A stretch of 64,000 bases of DNA, taken from the NCBI GenBank assembly GCA_051294375.1, contig CM119270.1:7554197-7618196 (forward strand), read 5' to 3'. Source of the stretch: Paraspadella gotoi. Lineage: Eukaryota > Animalia > Chaetognatha. A program made the translations under genes and the position numbers. Position 1 is the first letter of the stretch. Every line of letters starts with the position of its first letter. Positions 38,459 to 52,110 of this stretch are shown here, one piece after another. The notes beneath the pieces are model-generated. The model was given only the letters and a program-made list of their open reading frames with translations, was not told the DNA's origin and searched no databases.

Positions 38459-40352
38459 GGGAAAAAAGCACGCAATGAGCATAGGGCGGGAATGAAGAAA
38501 AGATCGAGAAGAGGAATATAAAAAAGATGGCCAGAGAAGAGATCGAAGCGATCGGCGACGTGCTTCTTCTCTCTCTTTCTCTCTCTCTCTCTCTCTTTCT
38601 CCCTTCCTCTATCTCGCTCTCTTCCGCTCTCTTCATTTTTATTTTTTCAGCGATATGAGAGAAAACCAAATAATGGTTCCACCACAAAAAGATATGAATT
38701 CCTTTCTGTTTATTTTAATCCCGAACTCAACTCATTTTTGTCCCTTTTTTATATTTTCTCTATTTTAGTTTTTATTTCGGTCATAAAGATAAAGAAAGAT
38801 AGAAAGAAAGATTGAAAGAAAGAAAGAAAGAAAGAAAGAAAGAAAAAAAGAAAGAAAGAAAGAAAGAAAGAAAGAGAGAAAAATCTAAACGAAATATCAA
38901 AAATATAAGTCGAAAACAATCGTAAAAGTATCCTTTTTTTTCATTTGAGCGCAGTTCTATGCGAAACTCCCTGTATATCCGATAAATTGAGCGGAAAAAT
39001 AAACTGTTTTTTGAAGATAAGGAATGAATGAAAAACGAGGGAAATAAAAATGGATAAAATAAAAAGCGATAAAAAAAACCCCGCAGAAATGTGTTTTCTT
39101 TTTTTTCATTTCGCTTGTTACTCTTCATCTCTCTCTTCCTCCTCCTCCTCCTCCTCCTCCTCCCCNNNNNNNNNNNNNNNNNNNNNNNNNNNNNNNNNNN
39201 NNNNNNNNNNNNNNNNNNNNNNNNNNNNNNNNNNNNNNNNNNNNNNNNNNNNNNNNNNNNNNNNNNNNNNNNNNNNNNNNNNNNNNNNNNNNNNNNNNNN
39301 NNNNNNNNNNNNNNNNNNNNNNNNNNNNNNNNNNNNNNNNNNNNNNNNNNNNNNNNNNNNNNNNNNNNNNNNNNNNNNNNNNNNNNNNNNNNNNNNNNNN
39401 NNNNNNNNNNNAGAGAGACAGAGACAGAGACGTCTCTCCAGTCGACAGTCGCCGAGTATTAAAATAGAAAATCCTGTCTATTTCCATTTTTTTCCAGTGA
39501 ATCGCCGATTTCTCCAGCCGATGGGGGAAAAAAACTTATGACACTGAATTCAATATTGAAATCATTAAATAAATACTATTAAGAAAATTAAATTTATCAT
39601 TAAAAAAAAGAAGCATTTAAAAACTCAGATTATTTCTGTTCCATGGAAACAATTCGATTCAAAATTTTTATTCATTTTTCCCCGGTCGCCTGGAATTCCA
39701 AAGGCGAAGGATTCTCGCAACCAGGAATTTTAATATTCCATCTACATCTCCATCGACGCAGTTCCATCCTCAATGTGATCAAAGGCTTTGAAGGGAGAGA
39801 CAGAGAGAGAGAGAGCGAGACGGAGAAAGAAAGAGAGAGAGAGAATTTATCAGCTTGTCACTTTATTCCCATTGATCTCCGTTTCTTATCAAAATTTCAT
39901 CCAACCTCGACCGTGTCAAACGAACTCTTCTCTCAAACTTAAGTTTTAAGTTAGAAAAAGCTTTAGACTGATAACCTTTTACGGTTGTCATTTAATGTCA
40001 TTTGTATTTAGCAGTTCCAGCCGAAGTACTTGCTTTTTCCGGAGTAGAAAGTTTTCACCCCACAGATAGTAGAGAGTAAAGAATAATTTAAGAACTAATC
40101 ACGATCAAGAAAACAAAAAATATTCTCTCCCTCAAATATCCATTACAACGTTTTGATCAATAGTTTCTCATACCATTGTCCAACAGTATGTTTGTTTCTT
40201 GAGATAATTCTTTACATAACCGAATTTCAAAGCCTCTATTCTTTGAGATCGACAAATAAGCGAGAGCCTTCTGCCTTGGACGACTTGGAAAAAAGTGGGA
40301 GTTTCGACTTGAATATTTGATGACTCTCTCTTTGCGTTCTTTTTTTTAGTGT

Positions 40353-40388
<36 letters not shown>

Positions 40389-40840
40389 NNNNNNNNNNNN
40401 NNNNNNNNNNNNNNNNNNNNNNNNNNNNNNNNNNNNNNNNNNNNNNNNNNNNNNNNNNNNNNNNNNNNNNNNNNNNNNNNNNNNNNNNNNNNNNNNNNNN
40501 NNNNNNNNNNNNNNNNNNNNNNNNNNNNNNNNNNNNNNNNNNNNNNNNNNNNNNNNNNNNNNNNNNNNNNNNNNNNNNNNNNNNNNNNNNNNNNNNNNNN
40601 NNNNNNNNNNNNNNNNNNNNNNNNNNNNNNNNNNNNNNNNNNNNNNNNNNNNNNNNNNNNNNNNNNNNNNNNNNNNNNNNNNNNNNNNNNNNNNNNNNNN
40701 NNNNNNNNNNNNNNNNNNNNNNNNNNNNNCTCTCTTTTCTCTCGCTTTTTTGCCCGTGTGTCTCAGATGCACATCTATTTTCATTCGGTTCCGGCTGATT
40801 TCCAGTTCGTTCTCCCGGATCTTTATGGCCTCTGGTTCTT

Positions 40841-40915
40841 TCCGGCAATTCCCGGCAATTCCCCTCAATTCCCGGCAATTGCGGCGATGGCTTCCTCGCG
40901 ACCTTAATTGCCGGA
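40841..40915. repeat. 10-bp tandem repeat (CCCGGCAATT) x4 plus one inverted copy
   Basis: Units at 40841-40880; aattgccgga at 40906-40915. Confidence 0.8.
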
Positions 40916-43135
40916 AAACGAAGTAAAGGGGTTTTCCCATTTTCCCTTTTATTTTTTTTAATTGTTTTCTGAGCTCTGAATTCCGAAATTGAGATTTAGT
41001 GCGGAAGACTAGAAGCTTAGACCGATAAAACGATTTTTTCCTCAAGAGTCTGAAAATTATATTTAGCCACGAACGTAGAGACAATAGTGGTGTATCTTCT
41101 AACTCGAGTTCATTATCATCATCGCAATATGTTTTTTCTCCAAAATATTTATTCCCAAAGAAGTCGACAGAATGCTTATCATGATCGCTGGAGAATTAAT
41201 AAAAGCTATAGTATACATCTTTTCCCTGTCTGTTAATATTAAGTAGCAATTCTTCAGAGACCTAAATCTCACTTAAGTGGCTTTGAAGAATGAACAGATG
41301 GCAATGCCATTCGGAATTAGTCTTCGTACTTCTTATTTAAAAAATAACTTTTCAAATTCTGGAGCCTTGAGCCTGAAGAGTTGATGCTTTTATTTTGTTG
41401 GAAACGCCCTCCTCATCGCGACAATTTTTGTTTTTGTTCAAACAAAACAAAAAAAACTGCCTTTTTTTTGCCACAGAGAATCAATTTTTTTTTTGCGACG
41501 CAAAAACCGATTCGAGCAAAAAAAAAATCTTTGCCAAAAAAAAGTTTTCAATTTTAGAGATTTTTTTTTGCCCCTCGGCGCAGAATTGGATCTAAATGGA
41601 GGCGTGTCAGCAGAAATGGAACCGTCCACCTCTCGAATCTCTGGCCTCTTTNNNNNNNNNNNNNNNNNNNNNNNNNNNNNNNNNNNNNNNNNNNNNNNNN
41701 NNNNNNNNNNNNNNNNNNNNNNNNNNNNNNNNNNNNNNNNNNNNNNNNNNNNNNNNNNNNNNNNNNNNNNNNNNNNNNNNNNNNTCTCTCTCTCCATATG
41801 TCAGTCTTTGAGTCTCTCTCTTTCTGGTTAAAGTTAAAAAAGTGATTTATGAGGAAAGGCTATGGTGTGTGAGGGGAAAATGTTTCGCTTCTGAGGTTAA
41901 ACCTCACTTTCTTTCAAGGTGTTGACGGCTAATGGACTCGTGATTTGAAAACAAAGATACAATTTGACAATAGAGATTACAAAAATATCTTACTGTCAGT
42001 TTAAACGAATAGATAGTGTTTTTTATTGTTTCACAGTTCTATATCTATTTTAGGAATTTTCTCTCGGTCTCAGTCATATCATTTATCCACTTCATTTCAT
42101 CCGTCCCAAAAATATCATCTTTATCATTTATCTTATCACACATTTTGGCGGAAACGTCGGAGAGAAAAAAAATCATTCATTTTCTTCGCCCCAATTTTTT
42201 TTTCCTCGATCTTTCCTCACATTTCCGGCCACGACTCTCACCGTCTCTCTTTTTCTATTTGCTTTCTCTCTCTCTCTNNNNNNNNNNNNNNNNNNNNNNN
42301 NNNNNNNNNNNNNNNNNNNNNNNNNNNNNNNNNNNNNNNNNNNNNNNNNNNNNNNNNNNNNNNNNTTGGTCTTTTCTTAGTTTTCTCTTGAAGTCATAAT
42401 CTTTTTTTATATTTCCTTATACTTCCTTTCTTGCTCTCTTCGGTCTTGACACTCTTCCTCTCTATTTCTTACCTCCGCCGCCGTGTTTTTTTTTCCTATC
42501 TTTTCTTTTCTTTTCTTCTCCTGTCTTATTCTTTTTCCTCCATTTTCTTTTCCATTTCCGATTATGTCTTTTTTTCCTTCAGTCTTCTCAACCAGTGATG
42601 ACGTTTTGTTTTTGTATCACTAAAAGTTGGTGATAATTATTTTCAATCTTTAGTGTCTCCTAGATATTTTTATAATTTTTTTAGACATCCCATGAATTTT
42701 TTTACGTTTTGGCTTTAAAAAGCCACTTCCCACTTACGGCTTTTTTTCACTCTTTTTAATATTTTTATTCAATTATTCATAATCTTTATTTTTATTCATC
42801 CGTTTCTTTTTTTCTTTTTTTTTCTCTTTACTGATCTCCTTTTCTCCCGTTTACGGATCATTTTTCTTCTTCTCAGGCAAATTGCATTTTTTTTAACTCT
42901 TTGATTTTTTTTATCTCATTTCTTTTCATTTTTTCGGTCACCCTTTGGGCCCAAGGTGATTATTAGCTTAATCCGGTTTGTTTCTATCATCTTGTTTTTT
43001 TTTTTTCAGGTCATTTTTTGCATAAAAGTCATTTTCGTTATTGCTTTCCCTTTTATGAAAGTCTTAAGACGGGTCAAACCGATCTACTTTTTGCCTTTTA
43101 TATTCTTTCCTTCTTTCACTCCCTATCGGCCCAAC

Positions 43136-43236
<101 letters not shown>

Positions 43237-44007
43237 CTCTTCTTTGGTTCTTGATGATTCCTCATAAGGAATGTCTTCCCTTCACCTCGATTCATTTTTG
43301 ATGCTTTTTCTCCGCCAAAGAGTTTTTCTTATCTTTTTTTTCTTCCTTCCTCTCTTTTCTGTCTTTTCTTTTCTTTCCTTCTATCTTTATTCCTCTTTAC
43401 CACCTCACCATCTCTTATAAAAATAATTTTATTAATTTTTTACTATCTAGTTTTAATTTGTCTTCTCGGCCAAGATTTTTTTTTTTGTGCTTTATCATAT
43501 TATGTTATCATATTATCATATAATGTTATGTTGAAACATAGTTTTCAATTTATTCGAAATCTGTTTTCTCGTTAAAGTTTTTTGGCTCCAAAGTAAGGTT
43601 TCTAAATTCAACTTAATTTAAATTTGAATTTAAATTATAATTTAACGGAATTTGGAAGATCCAAAAATTCAAAATTTGAAAAAAAAAGAAAATAATTTCA
43701 GCCAAAATTTTTGTTATTTAAGCAAATGTTTTTTTTATCATATATTCATAAATAAAAATAATTCAATTTTTTTCTCATTCGGCGAATTTTAACATTTTGT
43801 TTCAATTTAAAAATGTCTAACAAGTTTTATTTCGCACGATTAGATTTCCAGTTGCTTGATAGCTATTTTTTTCTTGGCACCCTGTATTTATTTTTCGATT
43901 TTTTTTGTTCGATAACAATGGAAAATCACAAAGAAAAGAATTTGATATTCTTTTTCCGCCGCGCATGAGTCCGCCTTTATCTTCGTTTAATCGCATCATT
44001 GCAAAAC

Positions 44008-44074
<67 letters not shown>

Positions 44075-45594
44075 CATTTTCATTGCGGAAGGAAAGAAAA
44101 GGGGATAAAAATCTCAAAAGATTATGGCTTTTTTTTTTCTATTCAAAATGACAAATATCGAAAAGAATGGGCGTAATGTAAAAAAGAAAGGAAAGAAAGG
44201 AGAGAAAAGAAAGAAAATAAAAAAACGAAGAAAGGAAAAGTCGGGTCATTTTTTTTTAGAAGAGAGGGCGTGAGTGGCCATGGGGGAGGGAAGGGTGGGG
44301 GGGCGATGAAAGCGTCGGTTGAGTCTCCCAAAAAAAGCTTTCAACTTCTTTTATGATCCATTTTGCGCCGATTCCAAATCAAAGAAGGAAAATAATGGGA
44401 GATAAAAAAAAGAAGGCATGACCCTCTCTTCTCTCTCCTCGTCTCTTATCATCTCTCTATCCATTCTCTCTCTCTTTCTCTGCTCACGCTCTCTCATCGA
44501 ATCTCATCTCTCCTCTTCTCACTACTGACTCTCTCCGATCTCTCATCCTCGTCGTCGGATCTCGTCGTCTCCGGATCGTCAGACGTCTCTCTCTCCTCTC
44601 TCTCTCTCTCTCACTCTCGAATGGCGCTCTTTTCTGATCTCGCCTTTTTTAATTCCGCTCGCGCGCTTTTATATACGCGTGGAAACGTATGTATGAGACG
44701 TTTTTCTGTGACCTGTCTGTCTGTCTGTCTACAATCCGGATAAGAAAAATATTCTTAGAATTTTAGAAAAACAGAAACATTATTCGAAAAAGTTTCGGTG
44801 TCTCAATCACTCATTTTCGGAGCTGAAATGATCCAGAAGAAAAGAGAAGGAAGAAAATGAGAAAAGGGGAAGAAATGAGTTGAGCCCAAAAAAAATAAAG
44901 AATAAGAAAATCACGCATCAAGTATTGAACGCTGGATTAAGCATGCTCGCTCTACATTTGCCTTCTGCTTCGTTTTTAGAAGTTAGATCTCTTTTACATT
45001 TATTTACATTACATATTTTTTTTACTCTAGACTCGACAGTCGACACACTACACCTTCTCTCTATGGAAAGCCACATGGTGGTATTTCGATTTCGACAGAA
45101 ATTCGCAAACTCGGAAACTTTATGATTAATGAATAATGAATAATGTGAGAATAATGAATATACCTAATGTGTGAATAATGAATATCCCTGTCGACTTAAT
45201 TACGACGAATTTAAAGAAGCAAGTCTCATATACATATTACTTCGGTAAACATCATTGACACGTTTCTGAATTTTCCATTCTGACTAGCTATAGCTTTTTA
45301 ATATGTTGTCAAAACCTAAAAGTATTGTAGCATCGTATTTTATTCTACAATTAATCCGCTTTTATTTCTTTCTCCTCTCCCTTTTTTCCTCTCTTCCTCC
45401 TTTTCTCCCAAACTACCTCCTCCTCTTCCTCCTCCCCCCCCAATTCCCAGCAGACAGAACATGTCACCGGATGTCAGTCGCTTTCCCCGTCATCGTCGTC
45501 GTCGTCTTCGTCGTCGCTATTGTCGTCGTCGTCGCCACTGATTTCGAATGATTTTTTTTTCCTCCATATATTTCCGAGAGAGAGAGAGAGGAGA

Positions 45595-45674
<80 letters not shown>

Positions 45675-45924
45675 TTATCTGCTACGTTGCAGCTTTTAAT
45701 TCGCTTCTTGAGTATTCGTCTCCTGAAGGAAACGTCAAAGGTCATTCGTGACGACTGTTGTGATATTTTCGCTGACAACAGTAATGGCGTCAGCAGCGAC
45801 GTCACAAGCTTCGCTTTTGGTGACGTCTATTCGGACGTTAAGTGCATTTTTATTTTTAATACTAAATATGTAGTCGGGCATAGCATAAGTTCACCCCGCC
45901 TATAAGCATGACATCTTCAGTCGT

Positions 45925-46148
45925 GACTCGGTGGCTCATTGAGTAAAACCGTCAGCTCATGACCACTAGGTACCGGGTTCAATCTCAACCCTGTACCTAC
46001 CCTACTTGAAGCGTGAGGATGGACGCAATCCGCATTGGGGGCGTGAAAAAACCTCAAGCCTGGTTCCAAGCCCACGACCCGTTCCACGGCTGCTAGAATC
46101 ATCTTCAGCCCACTTAGCGCCTTATCCTCACTTACTAAATTCCACTTT
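45925..46148 (+). mobile_element. tRNA-derived SINE family B (noisy duplicate at ~55728-56160)
   Basis: A-box-like TGGCTCATTGAG (45932) and B-box-like GGTTCAATCT (45976) at tRNA spacing, followed by a GC-balanced body in AT-rich flanks. Confidence 0.55.
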
Positions 46149-47869
46149 AAAATTACCAATGAAGTTTTTATTCAAGTTATTCTAATCGTTAAACAAGCAT
46201 TGACATCATTAACGTGATTGGCGCTGACACATTTATCTTTTGGTGACATGTAAACGGAAATCCTTATATTGTATGCAAAACTACTATTGTCTCAAAACTA
46301 CTCTATTCAATTTTTAAAAATTATTTCCTTTTTTTCTTTTAAAGAAATTCTATTCGCGGATAAAACCGTATGTTTTTCCGCGACAAACTCTCGCTGTCAT
46401 TTGTGTTTGAATTGAATTTTTTTTTTTAATTTATGTATTTATTCTATTTCCTTTTATTCTTTAAGTTAAATTTTCCTTTTTCACGATCTAGTCAAAATAC
46501 AAAAATGTCTTGAGTTCGAGGTGTGTCAGTAAAATTGTTTTTTTTTTCTATTCCTAAAAAATCCAGAAGAAACGCGAAAAAAAAGAATAAAGAATATTGT
46601 AAAAATCCAAGACCTTTTCCAAAACATTTAAAAAAATCTGTCCGTCCAATACGTCAAATCAGATATATAAATCAAATGCAAATCCTTTGAAGACCACACC
46701 GCGATTTCCGCCAAAAACCTCCATCGCCGATTTAAAAGAGCTTTTAGCTAAATTCACCCCATGAAGGGGGAAAAATCTTTTCCAAGAAAAAACAGGTCTC
46801 CTCCTGTCATCCACCACCAGCCTTAAGCCTCTAAGCCCTTAAGGCCCTTAAGCCCTTACCTTATCCTTTTACCCCGCGGATGCCCGACCTCCATTACCTA
46901 CCCAAATAACGCTTCGCGTCCTCGCGCGCTCCATCCTCTGCGTTTTTCGCTTATCAGACATTGATCTCCCATTTTTAACCTAAAAAACATCTATTAACCT
47001 CTCTGCTCTCTCTCCTCTCTCATCTCCTCTCTCTCCTCTCTCTCTTCCTCTCTCTCTCTTCTCTCTCTTCTTCCATCGTCTCTCTCTCTCTGTCTGTTTC
47101 GTTCTTCCAAATTCTCCCTTTCAAATTCCTTTCCGATCCTAATTCCAATACGGCGTCAATTTTGTTCTGGACTCTTCGCCACAACACAAAAAAAAAAAAA
47201 ATCCTTTGTCGTCGTTTCAAGACGATTCATCGTTTTTTTTTTTAATTCTGTCCCAATTCCCCCCTTTTGTCATTCGTGCGTTTCGAAGCGTTTTACCTTG
47301 TAGTATTTTTCTCTTTTCTCTTTTATTTAATTATACTTGGGAATAGTACTTTTCCAGTTTCGCTCCTACCAAATTTCCGAATTCAAGTTCTGAGTTTGAT
47401 TGAAATTCTCGAAAGCAATCAATCTAACTCGAAGGCAAACAAGCAATATTTTATAAAGGTCTTCTGCAAGAAATCAGGCATAAAACGTTCTCTCGTTGTT
47501 GGAAGGCCTCTTTTGCGTCATCCGTCTGTCTTTTGGCCTCCTCACGGTGTTTTCTCCACCCCCTTTAAAACTTAAGAGTGCCTTGTAGTTTACAATACGA
47601 GTGACTCAACTATTTAAAAGTTAACGAAGTATATTTCTCGAGTAAAATAAAAATCAATCATTTTTAATGTCCAAATTTAAAACTCGCTAAATATCAAAAG
47701 ACTTCAAAAAACTTGTTTTAAGAAACGAAAAAATACCAATACAAAACAACTACTATTAGCATCCTAAATTCTCTTATAATATCTTGATTCACCTTTCAAC
47801 CCTTGCTGACGGATTGAATAATATACTCGGCTAATTTAAACCCTGCTAAGACAGTTCCAATTACACGTA

Positions 47870-48500
47870 TGTTACGGTATAGCGGGAGCCAGCTTCCTTG
47901 AGCAATTGAGACATACGAAATGAACAGGTTACATAACAAAGCAGCTGTGTTCAATGGATATACTTCCATATAATCTCAAGTGAGTGTCGGTCGATCGCCA
48001 CTCGCAGGATATAAAAGCGTCCTTGCCAGGCTGTAACCGATGGCAAGGCTGCAGACATGCCCATCGAAGCCGCTGGCCTCGAGCCTCGGTCCTATCTAAA
48101 TCGAACTGGCCTGCCTTATTTCGACTCGGTCGCGTTCAATCTACATGGGAGGCGCATTTGGTGCTGAGCGAAGTCTACTTTGTTATGATCCGCACAGGAA
48201 ACCAGAGCGTCGCTCGTCAGAAAAATCTTGAATCCAGAGACCCGTCTCGTAGGTGGCCTCCCGAGGATCCGCGACAAAGCCCGGGGGAGGCGTATTGCCG
48301 AGTAGCGGTCCCAGATTCGATCCAGGATGCGACGAGTCTGGATGTGACAGGTGACTTTTGAAGCACCTGCGAAGTTATCAAGTCGTACATTATATGTATA
48401 TTATATTATAAAAAATACAATCTAATATATGATTTAAACATAAATATTAGTTTTGGCTCTTGTTGTCGGATTCGTGATTCCGGTTGGGGGCGCTTAAATG
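47870..48500 (+). mobile_element. Probable solo LTR
   Basis: Starts TGTTACG, with TATAAAA at 48010, a GC-rich middle and an AT-rich poly(A)-signal-like zone at ~48405-48445. The 3' end and TSD are not resolved. Confidence 0.35.
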
Positions 48501-49512
48501 TTTATAAAAAATTATTTTTAAGTATATGTCGAATATTAATATATATTTGGGTTAATTGGTTCGATCGTGAGGAAGGAAAAAATAACACTCAACATCATAC
48601 ACAATCCGATGTGCATGGCATCAATATATTCTGATTTTTAAAAGCCAAAAAATAGCAAAATAATGACGACTAGATAGAAGAATAGCCAGCTTTCCTTTAC
48701 GATGTAGCTGATATATTGTCCAGTCCTTAGGACCTATGAGCCTACCTCCGAATTTTCCATAATTAATTAGTTATTGTTTCTAGTTGCCGCCGAATCACAA
48801 AGAAATTAACATCCTCTTCAAAGTGTATATCATTTCCCAATACTATCATCTCATTTATGAGATAAAAATTAAGTTTAATTATTAATTGATGATTTAGATT
48901 CGAAGTTGTTTTTGCGATATGCGTGATCGACGATATAATGAGAGCTGTCGTTATTTATATCGATGTATGTGTAGTAGGTGTGGGTAGAAGGGGCCTGAGT
49001 AGTACGTAAATACATATGAGGAGTGAGGTAAAGGGATCATGTGAGATGAGATTGCTGTCAGGATACAGTAAGTGAGTAGTTATAGTTCTGTATGGCGGTT
49101 GGAAGTAATGAGAAGAATATGAGTATGAAAAAATAAAATATAATTTTCCCATTATTTGGTGAATGAGGTATAATCGAACGGAGAGATAGATTTCATATGA
49201 AGTAATTAAAAAAAAATGAAACGCAAGACAAAAACAAAAATAAAATTAAATTATATTCCTTTCTCTCTCCCTCTATCTCTCCCCTCTCCCCTCTCTACTC
49301 TTCTCTTCCCTTCTCTCTCTCTTTCCCTCTCTCTAAGTACGTTCNNNNNNNNNNNNNNNNNNNNNNNNNAGAGAGAGAGACGGGCACAATGGGTAACACA
49401 ATGGCCAGATTAATGGTGGAAAATCTCTAAGACGGAATCGGGCGCCTCGAGATTCTCCAGCGGGAAAACGAGGAGAGTGGTCGCCGCTAATGATCAGGGA
49501 ACGTGTGGCGGG

Positions 49513-49590
49513 TGGAGTGGTGGAGTGGTGGAGTGGTGGAGTGGTGAAGTGGTGGAGTGGAGGAGTGGGGGAGTGATGGAGGAGTGGGGA
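49513..49590. repeat. (GGAGTGGT)n 8-bp repeat
   Basis: Directly visible; noisy copy at ~58575-58660. Confidence 0.85.
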
Positions 49591-51516
49591 GATAAAGCGG
49601 TGGCCTGATGTGGTATGTTGTGGTGCAGCGTCGGGTTTAAGAGTTTTACATTTGTGATTTTTAAAGTTTCGTTCGTCCCTGATGAAACTGGTGGTTCGTC
49701 GTCGTCGTCGTCGTCGTCGTTTTCATCTTCCCATCGCCAGTGGGTGTTGTTGACGCCGCCATTTTTTTTTCGACTTTTGCCGGAGGGTGGCGCGGTTTGA
49801 TTTGTGGAGGGGGATCGGGAAAANNNNNNNNNNNNNNNNNNNNNNNNNAAGAGAGAGATGAGAGACAGCATAATCCTCACTCACTCTCTCTAGTCACCTT
49901 TACTAGTCTCTTGCACAGATCTCCCTATCAGCTTTAAGCCCTTATACAGTCTCTCTCTCTCTCACTCTCCCTTAAGTCTCCACTTATTCCCTCTTACTCT
50001 CTCTGCTCTCTCACCTGGCGAGTCAGTCCGAACCTCATTCCTTTCTCAAACTAATCACGCCTCCCTCTCTCCTTCGCGCTCGTCACAACGCGCGCTTTCC
50101 TATGCCCTCCCCTCTCTCATCTCTCTCTCTGCCCATCGCGCGAGCTCCGTTTGTTTTCTAAACCATTGAACTTCTCCCATCACTTTCAACCACCCTTAAA
50201 AACTCCTTATTTTCTCATCTCCTTTTCTCCTTTCTTCCTCCTCACTCTTCTCCCATCCCTCCTCGTCTCTCTCTCTCTACTCTCCTACTCTCTCCTCTCT
50301 TCCCACGTCTCTCTCTCTTCCCGTTATCTTCTCTCTTCCTTCTCTTCTCCCTCTGTCGATTTCGTCTTCTCCCTCACAATTTCCTTTTCAAAATTCCCTT
50401 CCTCGCGAATCCTAATCCCAATTTCGGCCAGTCAATTCTATTTCTGACTCTTCGCCACATAACTAACAACACAAAAACAATAATTCTTTCTTTTGTCGTC
50501 GTTTCAGACGCATGTCATTCGTTTTTTTTAAATGTCTTCATTTCCTTCTTGTCATTCTGTGTCCTGCTTCTTCGATACGTCTTCTATCTCATCTGTTTCA
50601 CCACTTATTTTCTTTTCCGGCCTGTCTTTCACTTCACATAAAGACCTAGATTGGTGGAATGCCTACTTCTTTAACTGGTCATAGCATGGGGCTCTACCGC
50701 AAAAGAGTATACCTCGGGCAGATCAAAAGCGTCTGAGAGTTAGATATGAAGGACCGTCTCCCGATAGCCAATCCAGAATCCGGTGCAAGAATTGGAAAGC
50801 GGACAAGAGCAGACGAAGACCTTTTTGCAAAGTATCAAGGGGTGGTTTCAGTGTAACACGCCTAGCTAACCGAAGGTTGTAGGTGCGACGTATTCGGTGG
50901 TTTAGAGTAAATGATGTGACCAAGGATAGGTTAACTTAGAGAAAGAAAGAGAAAAGGATAAAAGAAAAAGAAGAAAAGAGAAAAGAAAGAAAGAGAAGAA
51001 AGAGAGACACACCAATAGTAACACAATGGCCAGATTAATTGTGAAATCTCTAAAGACAATCCGGCGCTTAGATTCTCACCGAGACAGAATTCCCCGCTTA
51101 ATTATTCAGAGAACCGGTTATGTAATGTGAATAAAATAAAATAGATAAAGCGTGCCTGATGTATTGTTTTGTTCACGTCGTTTTTAAGATTTTAACATTT
51201 GATTTTTAAAGGTTTGTTTCCTGATAAATGTTCGGGTCGTTTCGTCGTCGTCTCTCGCGTGTTTCATCTTCCACCCATGTGTTGGGTTGGACGGCCAGTC
51301 CAATTTTTTTTTTTTGTTTTCGTGACTTTTGTCCGATCCGTTTATTTGTGTAATGGAAAAAAGACTTGTGCGTCCAGACGGAGGCGGATTCGGAAGAAAA
51401 GTGTCCGTTGTTTTCTGTTTTTGTTTGTTTTACTTCCACTGTTTTTGGAGGGGCGTGGCGGGGTCCGGCCAGAGAAGAGGAAGAGGAGAGAGAGAGAGGC
51501 AGAGAGGAGAGGAGAG

Positions 51517-51556
<40 letters not shown>

Positions 51557-51889
51557 CAAACAAAAAAGCAAAAGCAAGAAAAACGCAAGGGAGTAGAAAC
51601 GCGAAAAAATAACCAGGGGTGAGAATAAAAAAAAAGTTCTAAGAGGAAAAATAACGTTAAAGAGAAAACCACAAAAAAAATGGAGTAGAAAAGGAAAAAA
51701 AATGTTTTGGACAGAGGAAAAAAGGAAAACAAAAGGGAAAACAACAAATAGAGTAGAAGAATAGAAAACAGAAAACGGAGGTAGAAAAAAAAAGCACGGA
51801 GAGAAAAAAAACTATGGAGACCAAAGAAAGAAAGATGGTGATAAACATAAAGAGCGGAGGAATTGGAAAAGAAAAGAAAAATAAGAAAG

Positions 51890-52110
51890 AAAAGGATAAC
51901 GCAAAAATAAAGGAAAGAAGAAAGAAAACAAGAAAAGGAGAACTCTGAAATAAAGGAAAGAAGGAAGAAAAGGAGAACATTGGAATAACAGAAAGAAGAA
52001 AGAAAAGAAAAAGGAAAAAAGAAAAGGAGAATGCAGGAAGAAAGTAAAGAAGAAAAGGAAAGAAGAAAAGGAGAACGCTGGAATAAAGGAAAGAAGAAAA
52101 GGAAAGAAGA
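51890..52110. repeat. Purine-rich ~35-bp minisatellite
   Basis: Five variants of aaaaggagaacgctggaataaaggaaagaag with purine spacers. Confidence 0.7.

Noticed and set aside
41075-41187. Minus-strand exon candidate DHDKHSVDFFGNKYFGEKTYCDDDNELELEDTPLLSL
   Set aside because: The donor (gttcgt) is weak, the phase is incompatible with the 40283 candidate, and transposon-like repeats lie nearby. Insufficient support.
46821-46860. (TTAAGCCC)n as an interstitial telomere
   Set aside because: Only ~5 degenerate units, and not a telomere motif I recognise.
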